From assembly GCA_963693365.1 (NCBI GenBank), contig CAVNZM010000006.1, positions 8,435,355 through 8,499,354 of the forward strand: a DNA stretch of 64,000 nt. Direction: 5' to 3'. This DNA is from Amoebidium appalachense. Its lineage: Eukaryota > Protista > Ichthyosporea. A program made the position numbers and the translations under genes. Of this stretch, positions 1 through 14,215 are shown piece by piece. Below the pieces are notes generated by a model. That model was not told where the DNA came from. It saw only the letters and a program-made list of their open reading frames with translations, and did no database searches. Every line of letters starts with the position of its first letter. Position 1 is the first letter of the stretch.

Positions 1-50
1 CCCCCCTCCCTCTCTCCCCCCCCCCCCCCCCCCCTCTCTCTCTCTCTCTT

Positions 51-118
<68 letters not shown>

Positions 119-451
119 CCTCCTCCCCCCAACCCCCCTCCTCCCTGTCTCCCCCCCCCAAATCTTTCTTTCAGGCCCCTGCCATGATGTCAGCCTAGCC
201 CCCGTACCTCCCTCTTTCTCATTCCATGCACAGCTTCGGGCCCCGGCCCCCTTGTGTCTTCTTATCATATAGTATACATTCCGTCGGCCTATACTTGGAA
301 AATTCGAGACTTCTCTATGAGCAATGTTTGCCCCACTTCCTCCCAGGCTCCACTTCCCTCGTGCACGTTGTTCATTTTCAACCAAACTCGCTAATTTTTG
401 GATGTGATATAGAAAGGGGGGGGGGGGGGGGGGGGGGGGGAGAGGGGGGGG

Positions 452-486
<35 letters not shown>

Positions 487-1375
487 AGTGATGAGCCGCC
501 GGCAAGATCGAGCCACTTATATGGCTCGTTCGACAAGTTGCGCGCGATACTTATACAATTAGTGGTAAAAACACGAAACCCAGGAAAAAAACTGCACACC
601 AACGTTCATGACAACCTAGAGGTCACGTGGACACCAAGAACACGTAAGTTTGTTTCTGATAACTGCTGCATACTGCGCTGCGAACTTGGCGCTGCAAGCG
701 AAAAACTGGATTTTCTGGACGAAATTTTGGCTACATGCCAAATATTGATCCGACCTGAATCGATAAATGCTCCAACCAGAGTACTGTATGACGTCATCAT
801 ATAAAAACGCCTGGCGCAGGGTCAGTTTTGCACGTGTTACTCTCTTTTTCTCACCATTTTACCCTAACGTGACAGGGAACAAGCACATCACAAAAAAACC
901 GTAGAAAAATTCTTGGCGGGGTAGTGGCTTAGTAAGTAATGGTAGGCATTCAACGATTTTGAGCTTCAATTTACGGAGAACTTTGTAGTGTTTGCGCACC
1001 CCATGACTACAATAATTTCTCGGAATGCTTGTTGGTATGGCTTATTTTGCACTTTACGGGTTCTGGCACCGGGAGGCCATAGGCCTGAGCCAAGAAAAAC
1101 GTCAAACTTGTTACAAATGCGTGCCAAAGATGCATACTTTAAACGTTCACGTTGTTGCTTTTGCACCACAGGTGCATTTTTCGTTTGAGAAACATTGACA
1201 TCAGCTTTCAAATTCGTTTTTTTCGGTACACACACTTCAAATAACCCTTTTAGCATCTAGTTACCACAAACAGTTTCGAAGAAACGAATAAAAACCAAAC
1301 AAATCACCCCTAATCCGAAAACGACAAATGAGTGTTGCGCAATGTACAGAAACTGACCAGTGGGCAGAAGGTACT

Positions 1376-3409
1376 TTAACGTGTAGTGTTTCTGCGTGAT
1401 CGTACCGGGCCTGTGTTTGTGTTGACTTGGGTGCGTGTGCGTGGAGGAACACCATGTGTGATGTGGTTTTCGAAGCATGCACGTGTTTGATCATTGCAGA
1501 GAAACACATTACACTTGATGCAGTAGGTATGTGTCTGGTGGCGTTCCCCTTTGTTCCTAAAGCAGAGAACGCATCTACCTTTTCTTTCTTTTCTGGCACG
1601 CTGGTGTCCGTGTAGAGCATGGGGGGCAGGAGCAGCAGGGGGAAGGGGGTATTCTAGTGCAGGCAGGTGGGGGTTGCATATGAGTGCTTCTGCTAGCTCA
1701 CGCCTTGTGTCCATGCTCGTGTTTGTGGATTTGCCAAAGTATCTGTATGCAAAGTGTACGTTTGCTACTACAAACCCCAGAAGCCCCCCAAAGGTGCGGA
1801 GTTGGTGACGTTTAGTGCCCAAGGCTTCGTCCACAGAGCCGTTTAACATTCGTGTTTTGTTGAATATATCGGCCATGTTGTAGTTTTCGAAGTATTCTTC
1901 GACTGCTTTCGGTTGGGGGACGTCATTTCCGTTTCGTGATTTTCTCGGTTGACCCGGCTGAGTACTTGAACATGAGGTGATCACTTTCATACTGTAGTTC
2001 TTGTTTCTCCATAACACCGCAACGAGGTCTACTCCGTCCACACTGCACACTGCCTCCGACCATACACCACGTCCTTCCTCACATAGAAGGTCCAACATGT
2101 TGAGGGGAAAGTCTCTGGTTGCGGTTTTGACATTGAAAAGTGCGTAGAATCCGATTTTGTACACTTCCCTTGTCCCGGTTACTGACCCAAACCAGCTGTC
2201 TCCGACGATCGTTCTGGGGTTACGGTGGGTGGGGTTGGCCCTTGGGGTTAGAAGACGCAAGGTGGTGCCTGTTCCAGCTCCCAACTGTCGGTACGGTTTG
2301 CTTGCCATCCTAAGCTTCCCCTCGTTCATTTCGAAGTTAATGAGTATGTTGGTTACACAGTCGTGTAGAGTTTTTATTTCTTGACCGAGAGGGTGGGGTT
2401 TTCGTTTTATATAGATTTGGCACGGAAGGTTGCAATGATAGCTGGCAAAGATGGCCTCGTCTTCGCATAATTCATCCCCGGGCTCGATAGAGCAACGGTA
2501 CCGACTCTGCAGTGCTTCCATGAAACCGCGTGTGTCTTTCAGTGGATCATCCTCCGGATATTGAGTGATGTCGGTGACGGTAAAGCAGGCACGGATGTTT
2601 TCGAACCGGTGTTCGGTCATGAAGCGGGCAAAGTCGTGTACGGGAAATATGTGGCTTGGGTTCTCTGCTGCCGACGTCCAGTAGTTCGATCTCGAGCCGG
2701 GTTCGAATGTTCCAGCCATGTAAATCCACATACCCAACCACCTAAGTAGCTCACCCGGGGTTAAGTCAACCCAATTTTTGTAACGTGCACGACCTACTTC
2801 GTTTGTGAGTGGAATGACTGCTGTGAAGAGATACTCCATAGGCATGAAGTGTTCAAACAAACACAGAACACTCTTGCGCTTGTTTAGTGCTAGTGGAATG
2901 GTTGGTTTTCTGCGTGGGCCTGTTCTTTTGTCAAGTACTTGCTCATCTGGAATGGTCCATTGCAAGGTGCACGTGGGGTCGGTGGGGGTAGGTAACTCTA
3001 CTTGTTCATCTACAAGTTCTATCTCATCTTCATTCTCACTGTCTGTGACAGGAATCTCTACTTGTTGGATGTCTCCATCTGGATCTTCGTCACTATCACT
3101 CTCTAGCTCGCTACTTGTGTGTTCACTGTCTTCTTCATCTATTAAAGTTAGCTGATGGCGCAGAACTACTTCTGTGGTACCGTCAAAATCAAACTTTACT
3201 TTCCATTCACTGCCTTCGTTTGTCTTGCATCGTTTCACTACTGTGCCAACCAGTATTTGTGTGTCCCAACTCAGGCCGAACTTCTTGTAAGACCAACGTG
3301 TGGTGTCATCTGTGAAATCTTCCCCCTGAACCCCGTCAAATATGTATGCAAAACAACAGACACGAGCTCCAGAATAAAGTGACTCTATTGGGTCTAATGT
3401 TTTGGCCAT
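1376..3409 (-). CDS. piggyBac (DDE_Tnp_1_7-type) transposase, 677 aa, intronless and intact
   Basis: Catalytic triad contexts ELCEDEAIF, IVGDSWFGS and NYNMADIFN; family motifs MTEHRFENIRACF and YIKRKPHPLG; C-terminal Cys-rich domain CVLC...CIKCNVFLC...CFENH; acidic linker after an N-terminal ~90-aa domain. Confidence 0.95.
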   Translation of the reverse strand: MAKTLDPIESLYSGARVCCFAYIFDGVQGEDFTDDTTRWSYKKFGLSWDTQILVGTVVKRCKTNEGSEWKVKFDFDGTTEVVLRHQLTLIDEEDSEHTSSELESDSDEDPDGDIQQVEIPVTDSENEDEIELVDEQVELPTPTDPTCTLQWTIPDEQVLDKRTGPRRKPTIPLALNKRKSVLCLFEHFMPMEYLFTAVIPLTNEVGRARYKNWVDLTPGELLRWLGMWIYMAGTFEPGSRSNYWTSAAENPSHIFPVHDFARFMTEHRFENIRACFTVTDITQYPEDDPLKDTRGFMEALQSRYRCSIEPGDELCEDEAIFASYHCNLPCQIYIKRKPHPLGQEIKTLHDCVTNILINFEMNEGKLRMASKPYRQLGAGTGTTLRLLTPRANPTHRNPRTIVGDSWFGSVTGTREVYKIGFYALFNVKTATRDFPLNMLDLLCEEGRGVWSEAVCSVDGVDLVAVLWRNKNYSMKVITSCSSTQPGQPRKSRNGNDVPQPKAVEEYFENYNMADIFNKTRMLNGSVDEALGTKRHQLRTFGGLLGFVVANVHFAYRYFGKSTNTSMDTRRELAEALICNPHLPALEYPLPPAAPAPHALHGHQRARKERKGRCVLCFRNKGERHQTHTYCIKCNVFLCNDQTRACFENHITHGVPPRTRTQVNTNTGPVRSRRNTTR

Positions 3410-3844
3410 GTTGGGCGCTCATCTTTCACATGAAACCCATGGCTTGTTGTGTTCGCGGACTCAGCAAGTTTCGTCCGTTTGATCATGAATCATGTTGTTG
3501 TCGAGCATGAATTCAAAAACTTGCAACAGCGTCGGCAACCAATAAAAGCTAGGGAAGGCCTTGTTAGTTACCGTACCAAAGACAAAAAAGGTGTAAACTT
3601 ATGTTTTCTTACTGGCTGTACAAAAAAAAGCGGGCTCCTGGGCCCCAATAGCTCGCGGTATCCTTCCGAAACAAGCATTCCTAAAGTACTGCGGTCAGAG
3701 TACTTATGGCCGCTAAGTTCTCCGATCAGAGTACATTTCGGATGCATCAATATCGTCTCCCCACGGTGTGCAACACCAAATAGTAATTAGTAGCAAATAA
3801 AGAAAATAGTGTGGGCTTGGTAGTCACAAATTTTCAAGACATTT

Positions 3845-4110
3845 TGTTGTGTTTTCATCGAGTTCACTATATATGTAGCGTTCTGTAGAGGGTTGCCCTC
3901 TTCCACCGGATATTGGGGTCTGCAGTCGGGCGGGATCGAGCCTGACTGGGCTCCCCGGACAAATTCTGGGTTTTGTCAAAATATGGTCGCCCAAAGAAGC
4001 GCGGGCCTTTCAAGAAGTAGTAGAAAGCAAAATGCAGTATGGTAGCTTGCCCGGGGCAAGGTTTGGAGGCTTTATGTTGTCTTTTCATCGAGTTCACCAT
4101 GTAGCGTTTT
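3845..4110. repeat. ~35-40 bp direct repeat pair in the transposon 5' subterminal region
   Basis: TGTTGTgTTTTCATCGAGTTCACtatATATGTAGCGTT (~3845-3882) vs TGTTGTcTTTTCATCGAGTTCACcATGTAGCGTT (~4075-4108). Confidence 0.8.
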
Positions 4111-4387
4111 CCAGGGGTTCACCGGCTCCGGAGGGATCCTGGGCCAATTTTGATCTGGCGCCAGACGAGGAATGCGGAGAAAACACGATACCCCTTGTTG
4201 GTTGGCAAGCGCTGGCACCCTCTATTATTACACTAATCACCTTGGTCCAGAGACAAAACTGGGCATACCAAGAAAGCGCGCGCGACTGTCGACCACTAAG
4301 CTGTAGGGGGGGTCGCCTGAAACGGGCCACTCTGGTGGCTCGTTCGGCTTGAATGAGCCACATATGTGGCTTATAGTCGACTTATCA

Positions 4388-4449
4388 AGAGAGAGAGAGA
4401 GAGAGAGTCTCAGAGAGAGAGAGAGAGAGCCTCAGAGAGAGAGAGACAG

Positions 4450-4541
<92 letters not shown>

Positions 4542-4731
4542 GAGAGAGAGAGACGGAAAGAGAGAGAAAGAGAGAGAGTCAGAGAGAGAGAGAGAAAGGA
4601 TTACGAGATAGAGAGAGAGTGTGTGTGTGTGTGTGTGTGTGTGTGAGTGGGTGAGTAAGCGAGCGAGTGAGGAGAGAGAGAAGGAGAGAGAGAGGGGGGG
4701 GGAGAGAGAGAGAGAAGGGGGAGAGAGAGAG

Positions 4732-4792
<61 letters not shown>

Positions 4793-5055
4793 GGTGGGGG
4801 AGGGAGGGGGAGGGAGGGAGAGAGGGAGGGGGGGGGGGGGAGAGAGATAGAGAGATAGAGAGAGAGAGAGGGGGGGGGGGGGGGAGGGGGAGAGGACCGA
4901 GAGAGAGGAAGAGAGAGAGCGATCGGGAGGGAGAGGGCTCGAGAGGGAGAGAAGGGGGGGGGGAACAGAGGGAGCGAAGGGGAGGGGGGGATGCTGCAGA
5001 TCATGTTCAGAGACAATACCAAGGGCAAGGGGAGGTGGGGGGGGGGGGGGGGGGA
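4388..5055. repeat. Compound (GA)n/(GT)n/poly-G microsatellite
   Basis: Seen directly in the sequence. Confidence 0.95.
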
Positions 5056-6093
5056 AGACGTGGAAACGAATATTCTAAGGGGAATTAAAACACATTTACT
5101 GTGAGTATCCACCGGCTAATAGGTCAACGCCCCAGCCGTTATGTTTTTCATTAAGTTCAAGCTTGAGTTATAAACGGTTATAAGCATATGTGATATTTGT
5201 ATCCAAACAGAAGTGGAGGCCTCATTAAATCACTGAGTGTATACGGTGCTGGTATTCTCAGGAGAAAACATATCGTTCAGACCTGGCAGGAGAGGAAAAA
5301 AAGCACGAACTTCCCTGCAACAAGGTAAATTTTATCAGATCATGAGTCCCAGTGCATTTCGTTTAACGCCATTTGATTTAAACCTTTTTATTTAAGGTCT
5401 TATTCAATACCCCGCCTAGTGGTGGGTATCAGGCCCCATGGGACCTATATACCTACGTTTTAGACTGAGCCCGTCAGACAGACATGGCAGAACGATCCTT
5501 TTAACGCCACCCGTTTCTTCTTTTTGTTATTATTGTTCTTCTTCTTCTTTTTTGGCGGATGGAGGGGGAGGGGGGGGGGGGGGGGGAGGGAGGGAGGATT
5601 ACGGGGTACGAAATACACATTCACGCCCACAACGACAATCAACACGATGCAGGGTTTCTGACACACACACCCATCGCCCAAACTTTGCCACGGGAAATGC
5701 ATTACAAGTAGAGGGCCTTCGTCGGGGCGTGGGGTTCGGATGGGGAGGGGTGGCCCGGTGTGTTTGTGTTTGTGTGTACTGTGTCCACGGAGTAGCAATG
5801 TGCGCTAACACCAATACGGCACTCTGGTCAGCTGGGACACTATCTCAAAACGGATCCCCCCACATACTCATAATAGACATAGCCTAAACACGTACCAAAC
5901 AAATATGGAAACTGCAATTACAAAAAACCGTTTTTACGAAGGAAGCCGCGTTGTGTGTGTATAAAAGAAAGAGAGAAAGAAGAGTAACTGAAAGAGGAAG
6001 AGGGGGGCCAGGAGTGTATTTGGTGTGGGAATGAAGGGGGGAGGGGGGTGGGGATGGGGGTGGGTGGGTGGTGTGTGTGTGTGTGTGTGTGTT

Positions 6094-6127
<34 letters not shown>

Positions 6128-7186
6128 CTACGTGTGCGAGCCCTGGGCACAGCTTCCCATTAAGTGGAAAGACATGACGAATTCCTAAGGAATTGGACCG
6201 AGATCTCTCAGCTGTGTGTCATTAAGGTGAACTCAGGCTCCTCGGGGCGGCAGGGAGGGAATTAATATTCGGCTGGGGGCCAGGCAATATTTGTTTTTCG
6301 TATATCTCGTTGGATATCCAGTGACGCTATCTCAGCGACTATCTCGTTGTGTCTATGGCAGCTGTACTATATAGCCACTCTCGGCCCTATCTGATTCCCC
6401 GATCTGAATAATAATCATTATTAAACTTTAAAATTACGTATTGAACAGGGGATTTTGATCGGTCCACTACAATTGGACACTGCGGTCTCATTGGTCAACA
6501 CATAATGCATAAACTTTTTAAAACAAAAAGGTATGATTGGTCTAACGCTACGACTTCCTATGGCTATACACACGCTGCTGAATGCAGCCCCACTTGCACG
6601 TGATGAAGTTTTGCTTGCTCAAACACTTCTGTCGTCATACGTTCTTAACTGCGCAGTGTAGAGTATTACTAAGTTTGTAAGGGCTGGTGGGCGGGGACAA
6701 AGAGGCGTGGTGCTTAAAACTATGCCATGCTGGTGCTGTGCGTTGTAGGCTCTGGGCCGGGTATGGTAGAACAAACGGAGTGAAGGGGTGTCACGGCATG
6801 GGCTGTAGGAGTGTGTGGAGGAAGGAGGGGAAAAAAAAAAAAAAAAACAGGCGAGGATGCCCTTCAGAGCCCTTCAAAGGGAACACGACGGAAAGAACAG
6901 GATGACTATTGTTACATCAAAACAAACAAACAGCGATGATGAAACGAATCCAAGACTGGCAAAGAAGCATATGTAATGGAAATGGGGGGGCGGGGGGGGG
7001 GGAGGGGGAGGGGGGGGGGGGGGGGGGGAGGGGGGGGGGAAGCAAGGAGGATCCCCGGGGTTAACATTTCTCATCTGTTTGATCGGAATCTTATACGATA
7101 TTGCTTTCTCGGGGGTGGGGGTATCCCGATTGTGGAGGGGGGTGGCGGTGGAGGGGGGGGGGGAGAGGGGGGGGGGGAGGGGGGGT

Positions 7187-7322
<136 letters not shown>

Positions 7323-9005
7323 GGGATTGGTAGGAGAGAGAGAGAGAGAAGGGGGGGGGGGGGGGGGGGGGGGGGGGGAGCAAGGAGAAGTCAGGCTTAG
7401 GAGGCAAATGTAAGTTTGCTGACATATCCCTCTCTCCCTCTGAGAGAGTCTCCCTCTGATCGTGTAGATGCGCACATACACTCATTCCCGGATTGTGCAT
7501 ACCTGGTTGTTACAATAGCATACCTTGTGCTCACGGTTTAACACATGATTTATAGTCTTGCATAGTGCATGCATAGTTTCTGTTCCCTTCGTGCACAACA
7601 CTTGGTTGGTTACCCATTAGGTTTGTCTTGTCAGTATTACAGGCTCGATAATACACTCAGTTTGTCTCTACTTATTTCCTTTTGCTGTACGTGTTCTATG
7701 GCGAGTCGGTCTTGCGTTACTTCGCTCGTCACACGCAGTTGATGGAGATTGTCTTTGTTGTCAACTCGTTATGGTCATACATGAAACCGGGGCAAGTCTA
7801 TTTGCTGAACGTGGCTTTACAATATCATTGGTAAAACGTGGTGTAATTCTATTGGCCGTCCGGTTACAGCCCAATTCCTATTGGCGGACGATGCGACCGG
7901 GTGACGGAACGGTCTGGGTGGTATATTATATGTCAGTACCCTCAGTGACGGTCATATTGTGTACGGTGTGGCACACATATTTCTCTCACACAGGAAGTAA
8001 ACTCGTTTCTGTCCCACCTGTTTAGTTCTGTCTTAGAACCCACTCTCGCTAATTTTCCATAAGCCTTCTATGCATGTGACTCCACATTTAGACGGAACTT
8101 ACATGTGTGTGTGTGTGTTTGGGAGGGGGAATAGGGTGGGGGGAGGGGAGGGGGGGGGGGGGGGGGGGGGGGTGTGAGAGGGGAGAGCAAAGAACATTGC
8201 AAGAAGCAACAAAGCAACTAACATAACGGAACGAAGTGAAGAAAGATATCATCAGGATCGACGCACGAAGCAACGAAGCAAGGAAGTAATACTTGATCCA
8301 GGACATATATTGATCCATCAGATTTACTGCAATGCATAGTAAAATAATAGGGGAAAAACTTTGAAAAAAGAAACTTTTTAGAAAAAAGTACTGCTCTATG
8401 CATAATAAACTTGTAGGGGGAAAAAAAAGAAGGAAAAAAAGAAAAAAGGCAATCTAACGGCACCCTTACCGTGTACGTACGATCATCTTGAAGGCCAATA
8501 AGTACGCAGTTCTCCAGGGTTCCATTGAAGACGACAACTCAAAATGGAGGCAGAACAAAATCTTCAAATCAATGGGGGTACTGGTACAATAGGGGGGTGG
8601 GGTTGGGTGGGGGGGGGGGGGGGGGGGGGGGGGGATTGGGGGGGGGGGGGATTGCCCAAGGTTTTCAACTGGCGAGGCATGCATATGGGGGGGGGGGGGG
8701 GGGGAGGGGGGAGGGGCACCCCTTTTCTGCGGGCAGAGGCGTGGGTGCCCCCCTCCCCCCCCCCCCTCCCCCCAGTCCCCTCCCCCTTCCCACCCCCCCC
8801 CCCCCCCCCCCCCCCCACCCGACCGTGATTACAAAATCGGTCTCTTTTTTTTATTAGCAATCATTGTAGCAAGGTGCATTTCTTAGTTTAATAAAAAAGT
8901 TGTTTAGCTTAGCAGTTATTTGTTTTTTGTTTTTTTTTTCGTTTTGTGCCCCCCCCCCCCCCCCCCCCCCACACACACACACAGGGGGCCCTCATATGAA
9001 CTACC

Positions 9006-9153
9006 GTCTTCCACACAGCACCGACTGTACCCTAGCTACTGCTAATTAGTTGCCGCATCAAATTCAGCTAAGCAAACACACCGTTTAGTACCAACCCTAA
9101 CTACTAGCACACACCGTAACCCAGGGTTTACACCCCCTCGTCGCCGGTGGGGA
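9006..9153 (-). repeat. Dispersed ~150-bp block-conserved element, copy 1 (opposite orientation to 53063-53213)
   Basis: Its reverse complement matches 53063-53213 in three blocks of 29/30, 19/20 and 14/15 nt. Confidence 0.85.
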
Positions 9154-9357
9154 CAGCAGTACTAGTTGATGATAACGTTCAATTTGGTCGGACTCCATGA
9201 ACCAGCGGGTATGTAGCGGTTTGTACGACTTCCATTCCGATGAATTCAATACGGTAAACACTCACGACAGGCTGAGTGTGCGTCATGCCCTTTCAATGGC
9301 CTTACATTGGGCTCGGTGGTAAAGCTCAAATTGAAAAAACGGGGGAACGTTAACTCT

Positions 9358-11462
<2,105 letters not shown>

Positions 11463-12174
11463 CTGTAAAATGACCAACCAGCATTGTGTCTCCCTATACC
11501 AGCTATTCAAACCCTTCTTGTCCATTGGTCATTTTAGGTACAGTAGTTCTGCTATGCATATAAGCAATGGCATAGTGGGCCTATTAGACGATCTCGGCAA
11601 AGAAGCTCCAAAATCAAGACTGACATAGGGGCTCTTATCCAAGGGGAAAAGTGGATACTCTACAGAAATATATCATTTGAAATGTGTTAGGCGTGAGAAC
11701 GATCCACATCCCATAATCGCGATTTGGCAAGGCGCTCTGGGGTCCAAGATTGTGACAAATTTCAAAAATGCAGAAAGCACTGGGTTGTTCGTTCATCAAT
11801 ATCAAAACAGAAATTGACGTATTTACAGCAAATAAACCAGTTTAATTATAGTGATAAAATTTAAGAGAAAGATTAATAGCTGAAAACGGAATAGAACCGT
11901 CGTGGCATGATGGCGCATTTTATTTACAGTACCTGATCTGGACCCAGCAAATTACACAATAGAATAGTATACTAGCGGGGTCATGATGTACCTGCGAAAA
12001 ATACAAGCCTATTACGGAACAAGTTTTAACCGCAGAGCGCATAAATTCATATAGTATAAAACTCTGAAAACATACGTATACGGGAAAAAAAAAAACTGTC
12101 GTTTGTCTCAGCTTCTCATGGTCTTCCTTGGGCTTGAAGGATACCGAAAAAAATTGAAAAAACGATTCAAGCAC

Positions 12175-12295
12175 CCGGCCGCGGCGCTGCGGCGACTGCG
12201 ACCGCACTCAGGCTCGCCCTGATTGGTGGGTGGACATCTCTTTAACTTCGAACTTTCTGCGTTCTCGGTCAGCGCTAATAGGCTATAAATATGTT
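12175..12295 (+). promoter_or_regulatory. Putative Pol II promoter of the 13031 ORF, possibly bidirectional
   Basis: GC-rich stretch, inverted CCAAT box (CTGATTGG ~12219-12226) and TATAAAT at 12284-12290, followed by a likely 5'UTR intron (AG|gtttgg ~12389 to ttttccttcag| 12455). Confidence 0.45.
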
Positions 12296-13030
12296 GGCGT
12301 GTGTGTAGAGCTTATGCAGAAGAAATATCAAGATTTTTCCCTGGGAGCTTATATCGGGAGAAAAACTAAAGCAAATACGCATTTAGAGGTTTGGATCTTC
12401 TACATAAGCGTCTAGACCGGTAGTAGTATTTTACTGCGAATTTCTTTTCCTTCAGGGTTAGATCAAGATCCGTCAAGATGCCCATCCAACCAATGGATAT
12501 GCTGAAATATCACGAACTTTCACCACCGCATCATCTTCCAAACATACACCTGGTGCAAATGGCGCTCCAAAATGTACACTACAATAGATTGACCAGGAGT
12601 GTGTTCCGTAGAAACGCCAAGGAGTAACTCAAAGCCTTGCCCGCCAATTTTTTTTCTCGCAGTCGTGGGTTACTTGGGTTTATCTGTCACCGTACACAGC
12701 CACCTGGCTTTTCTGACAGTTTCTGGGCGGCAGAGCATTAGCTTAGGTCAAAGCACAACCGATAAAAGAGAGACAAGAGCTTCTACCCCAACACACCAGC
12801 TAGAGGGGCGAATAGTGAAGTTCATATAACCAGCTATACACGTCCACTTTTGCTACACGTCATTTTTTTTCCACATGCCAGAAAACATTTAAGTTTCAAA
12901 ACACCTGGGTGTTAATCCACCAAAACACCAGTTAAGCGAAAGCACTCCTAGGCAAACCGTACACCCACACACATAAACAAGCACAACCACCCCGATGCAA
13001 CCAAGCAGCTAAGAACGGATCACATGCAGC

Positions 13031-14215
13031 ATGCTTAGAATGATAGTCATGGAGAGGGAAGCAGCACGTCGTGCTGCCGGTCCACCCCACATAATCGCCC
13101 ATCGTCGTTTTGCCGAATTAAGACAGCAGTTAAAGTCCGGGCAAACCAAACTCTATTACGTGCACGAACGAACCGAGCATGGTCAAGCATGTCCGTGTGC
13201 AATGACCGATGCAGAGTTGAGAAAAAGACCATCCGCGTCACCGCTATACCTTTGCAAGCAAAATTCATCTACCAGTCAGATTTCTGATCCAAACGACAAG
13301 GATGCGAACAACCAACAAGAGGAAAATCACGTTCGGCGAAAACTCTCCGACAAAATGGGGTTTCTTAGTACCTCGTGCGAAGACGGTGCATTCTCATCGA
13401 TGTTTGGTTTTGGCAGCTCCAGCAGCCTAACATCACTTATCAACAAGAAAAAGCATTTATCCGCCGGTAGCCAGTTACAGCGGCAACACTCAACCTCAGC
13501 CCTGCAACCAACACAAAACTCTGGCACAGCGACGAGCCCAGTTATACATCTCAGCAAGAAGAACAGTCTTCCTGCCAAGTTGACAGAAGCCAGAGACATG
13601 TATGTGCAAGCTTTTGACCTCACTCCGGTGAGCAACGAAAAGCTGCCTAATCCCAAGCCACAAAAACTCTTGTTGGAACCATCGGTTCCAGCATCTACAT
13701 CACAGCACCACCATACACCGTTTGGGTTCGTTGATTCAAACGTCCTTGCGGCATTTTCTATGATTGACTCGCTTAGCTCGCCTTCGAACTCGAGCACGGA
13801 GAAGGTCGTCAGCGGAGGAAAGAGTGGATTGAAAGCAAGCGTGCCGCTTATACCCACACACGATCTTTTCAGAACTCCATCATCTGCACCTTCTTTAACA
13901 ATAGCACCTTCCTTGTGTGTGATTGATGAGGGGAGCAAGACCAGCCGTGCAAAACTTCTACGAACACGAACTGAAGGGTTAAATTTAAACGATAGTATTT
14001 TTTGCTACCCGGAAACACACAGTTCTAAGCAGGATACACTGCGTTCTTTTTCTAATCCTGATGGCCTTAAGCCTATTGTTCCATCTGATGTTAACGAAAG
14101 GAGGCAGATGTATGCTTCGAATCAGTTTCATATGCCTGGGAAAAAGGGCCTGCAAAAGATGCAAAACTATGCACGGCAGACTATTAGACGGCTAAGTAGG
14201 AGCTTGGACTTGTAG
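13031..14215 (+). CDS. Hypothetical Ser-rich, largely disordered protein, 394 aa, single coding exon
   Basis: 1.2-kb uninterrupted, non-repetitive ATG-to-TAG ORF downstream of promoter-like elements. No domain recognised. Confidence 0.7.
   Translation: MLRMIVMEREAARRAAGPPHIIAHRRFAELRQQLKSGQTKLYYVHERTEHGQACPCAMTDAELRKRPSASPLYLCKQNSSTSQISDPNDKDANNQQEENHVRRKLSDKMGFLSTSCEDGAFSSMFGFGSSSSLTSLINKKKHLSAGSQLQRQHSTSALQPTQNSGTATSPVIHLSKKNSLPAKLTEARDMYVQAFDLTPVSNEKLPNPKPQKLLLEPSVPASTSQHHHTPFGFVDSNVLAAFSMIDSLSSPSNSSTEKVVSGGKSGLKASVPLIPTHDLFRTPSSAPSLTIAPSLCVIDEGSKTSRAKLLRTRTEGLNLNDSIFCYPETHSSKQDTLRSFSNPDGLKPIVPSDVNERRQMYASNQFHMPGKKGLQKMQNYARQTIRRLSRSLDL

Larger units (their letters stand above)
489..4387 (-). 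mobile_element. piggyBac-superfamily DNA transposon, apparently full length
   Basis: Contains a piggyBac transposase ORF. Imperfect inverted ends: TGATGAGCCGCC at 489 vs the reverse complement of the right end TGATAAGTCGAC (9/12). Palindromic subterminal motif GAGCCAC-N5-TGGCTC at 510-527, with variants at 4324-4341 and 4354-4371. AGAG lies immediately outside both ends (485-488, 4388-4391). Confidence 0.7.
234..6226 (+). other. Candidate exons of a spliced + strand gene or pseudogene entering from the left edge; the piggyBac-like element would lie in one of its introns
   Basis: Unique-sequence islands bounded by AG/GT: 234-360, 5211-5324 (ag|...AAG|gtaaat) and 6165-6226 (xERHDEFLRNWTEISQLCVIK). 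No consistent frame across all islands and no recognisable domain. Confidence 0.25.

Noticed and set aside
8218-8326. DGSIYVLDQVLLP resembling the fasciclin H2 motif
   Set aside because: No upstream FAS1 motifs could be assembled, and another frame is equally open.
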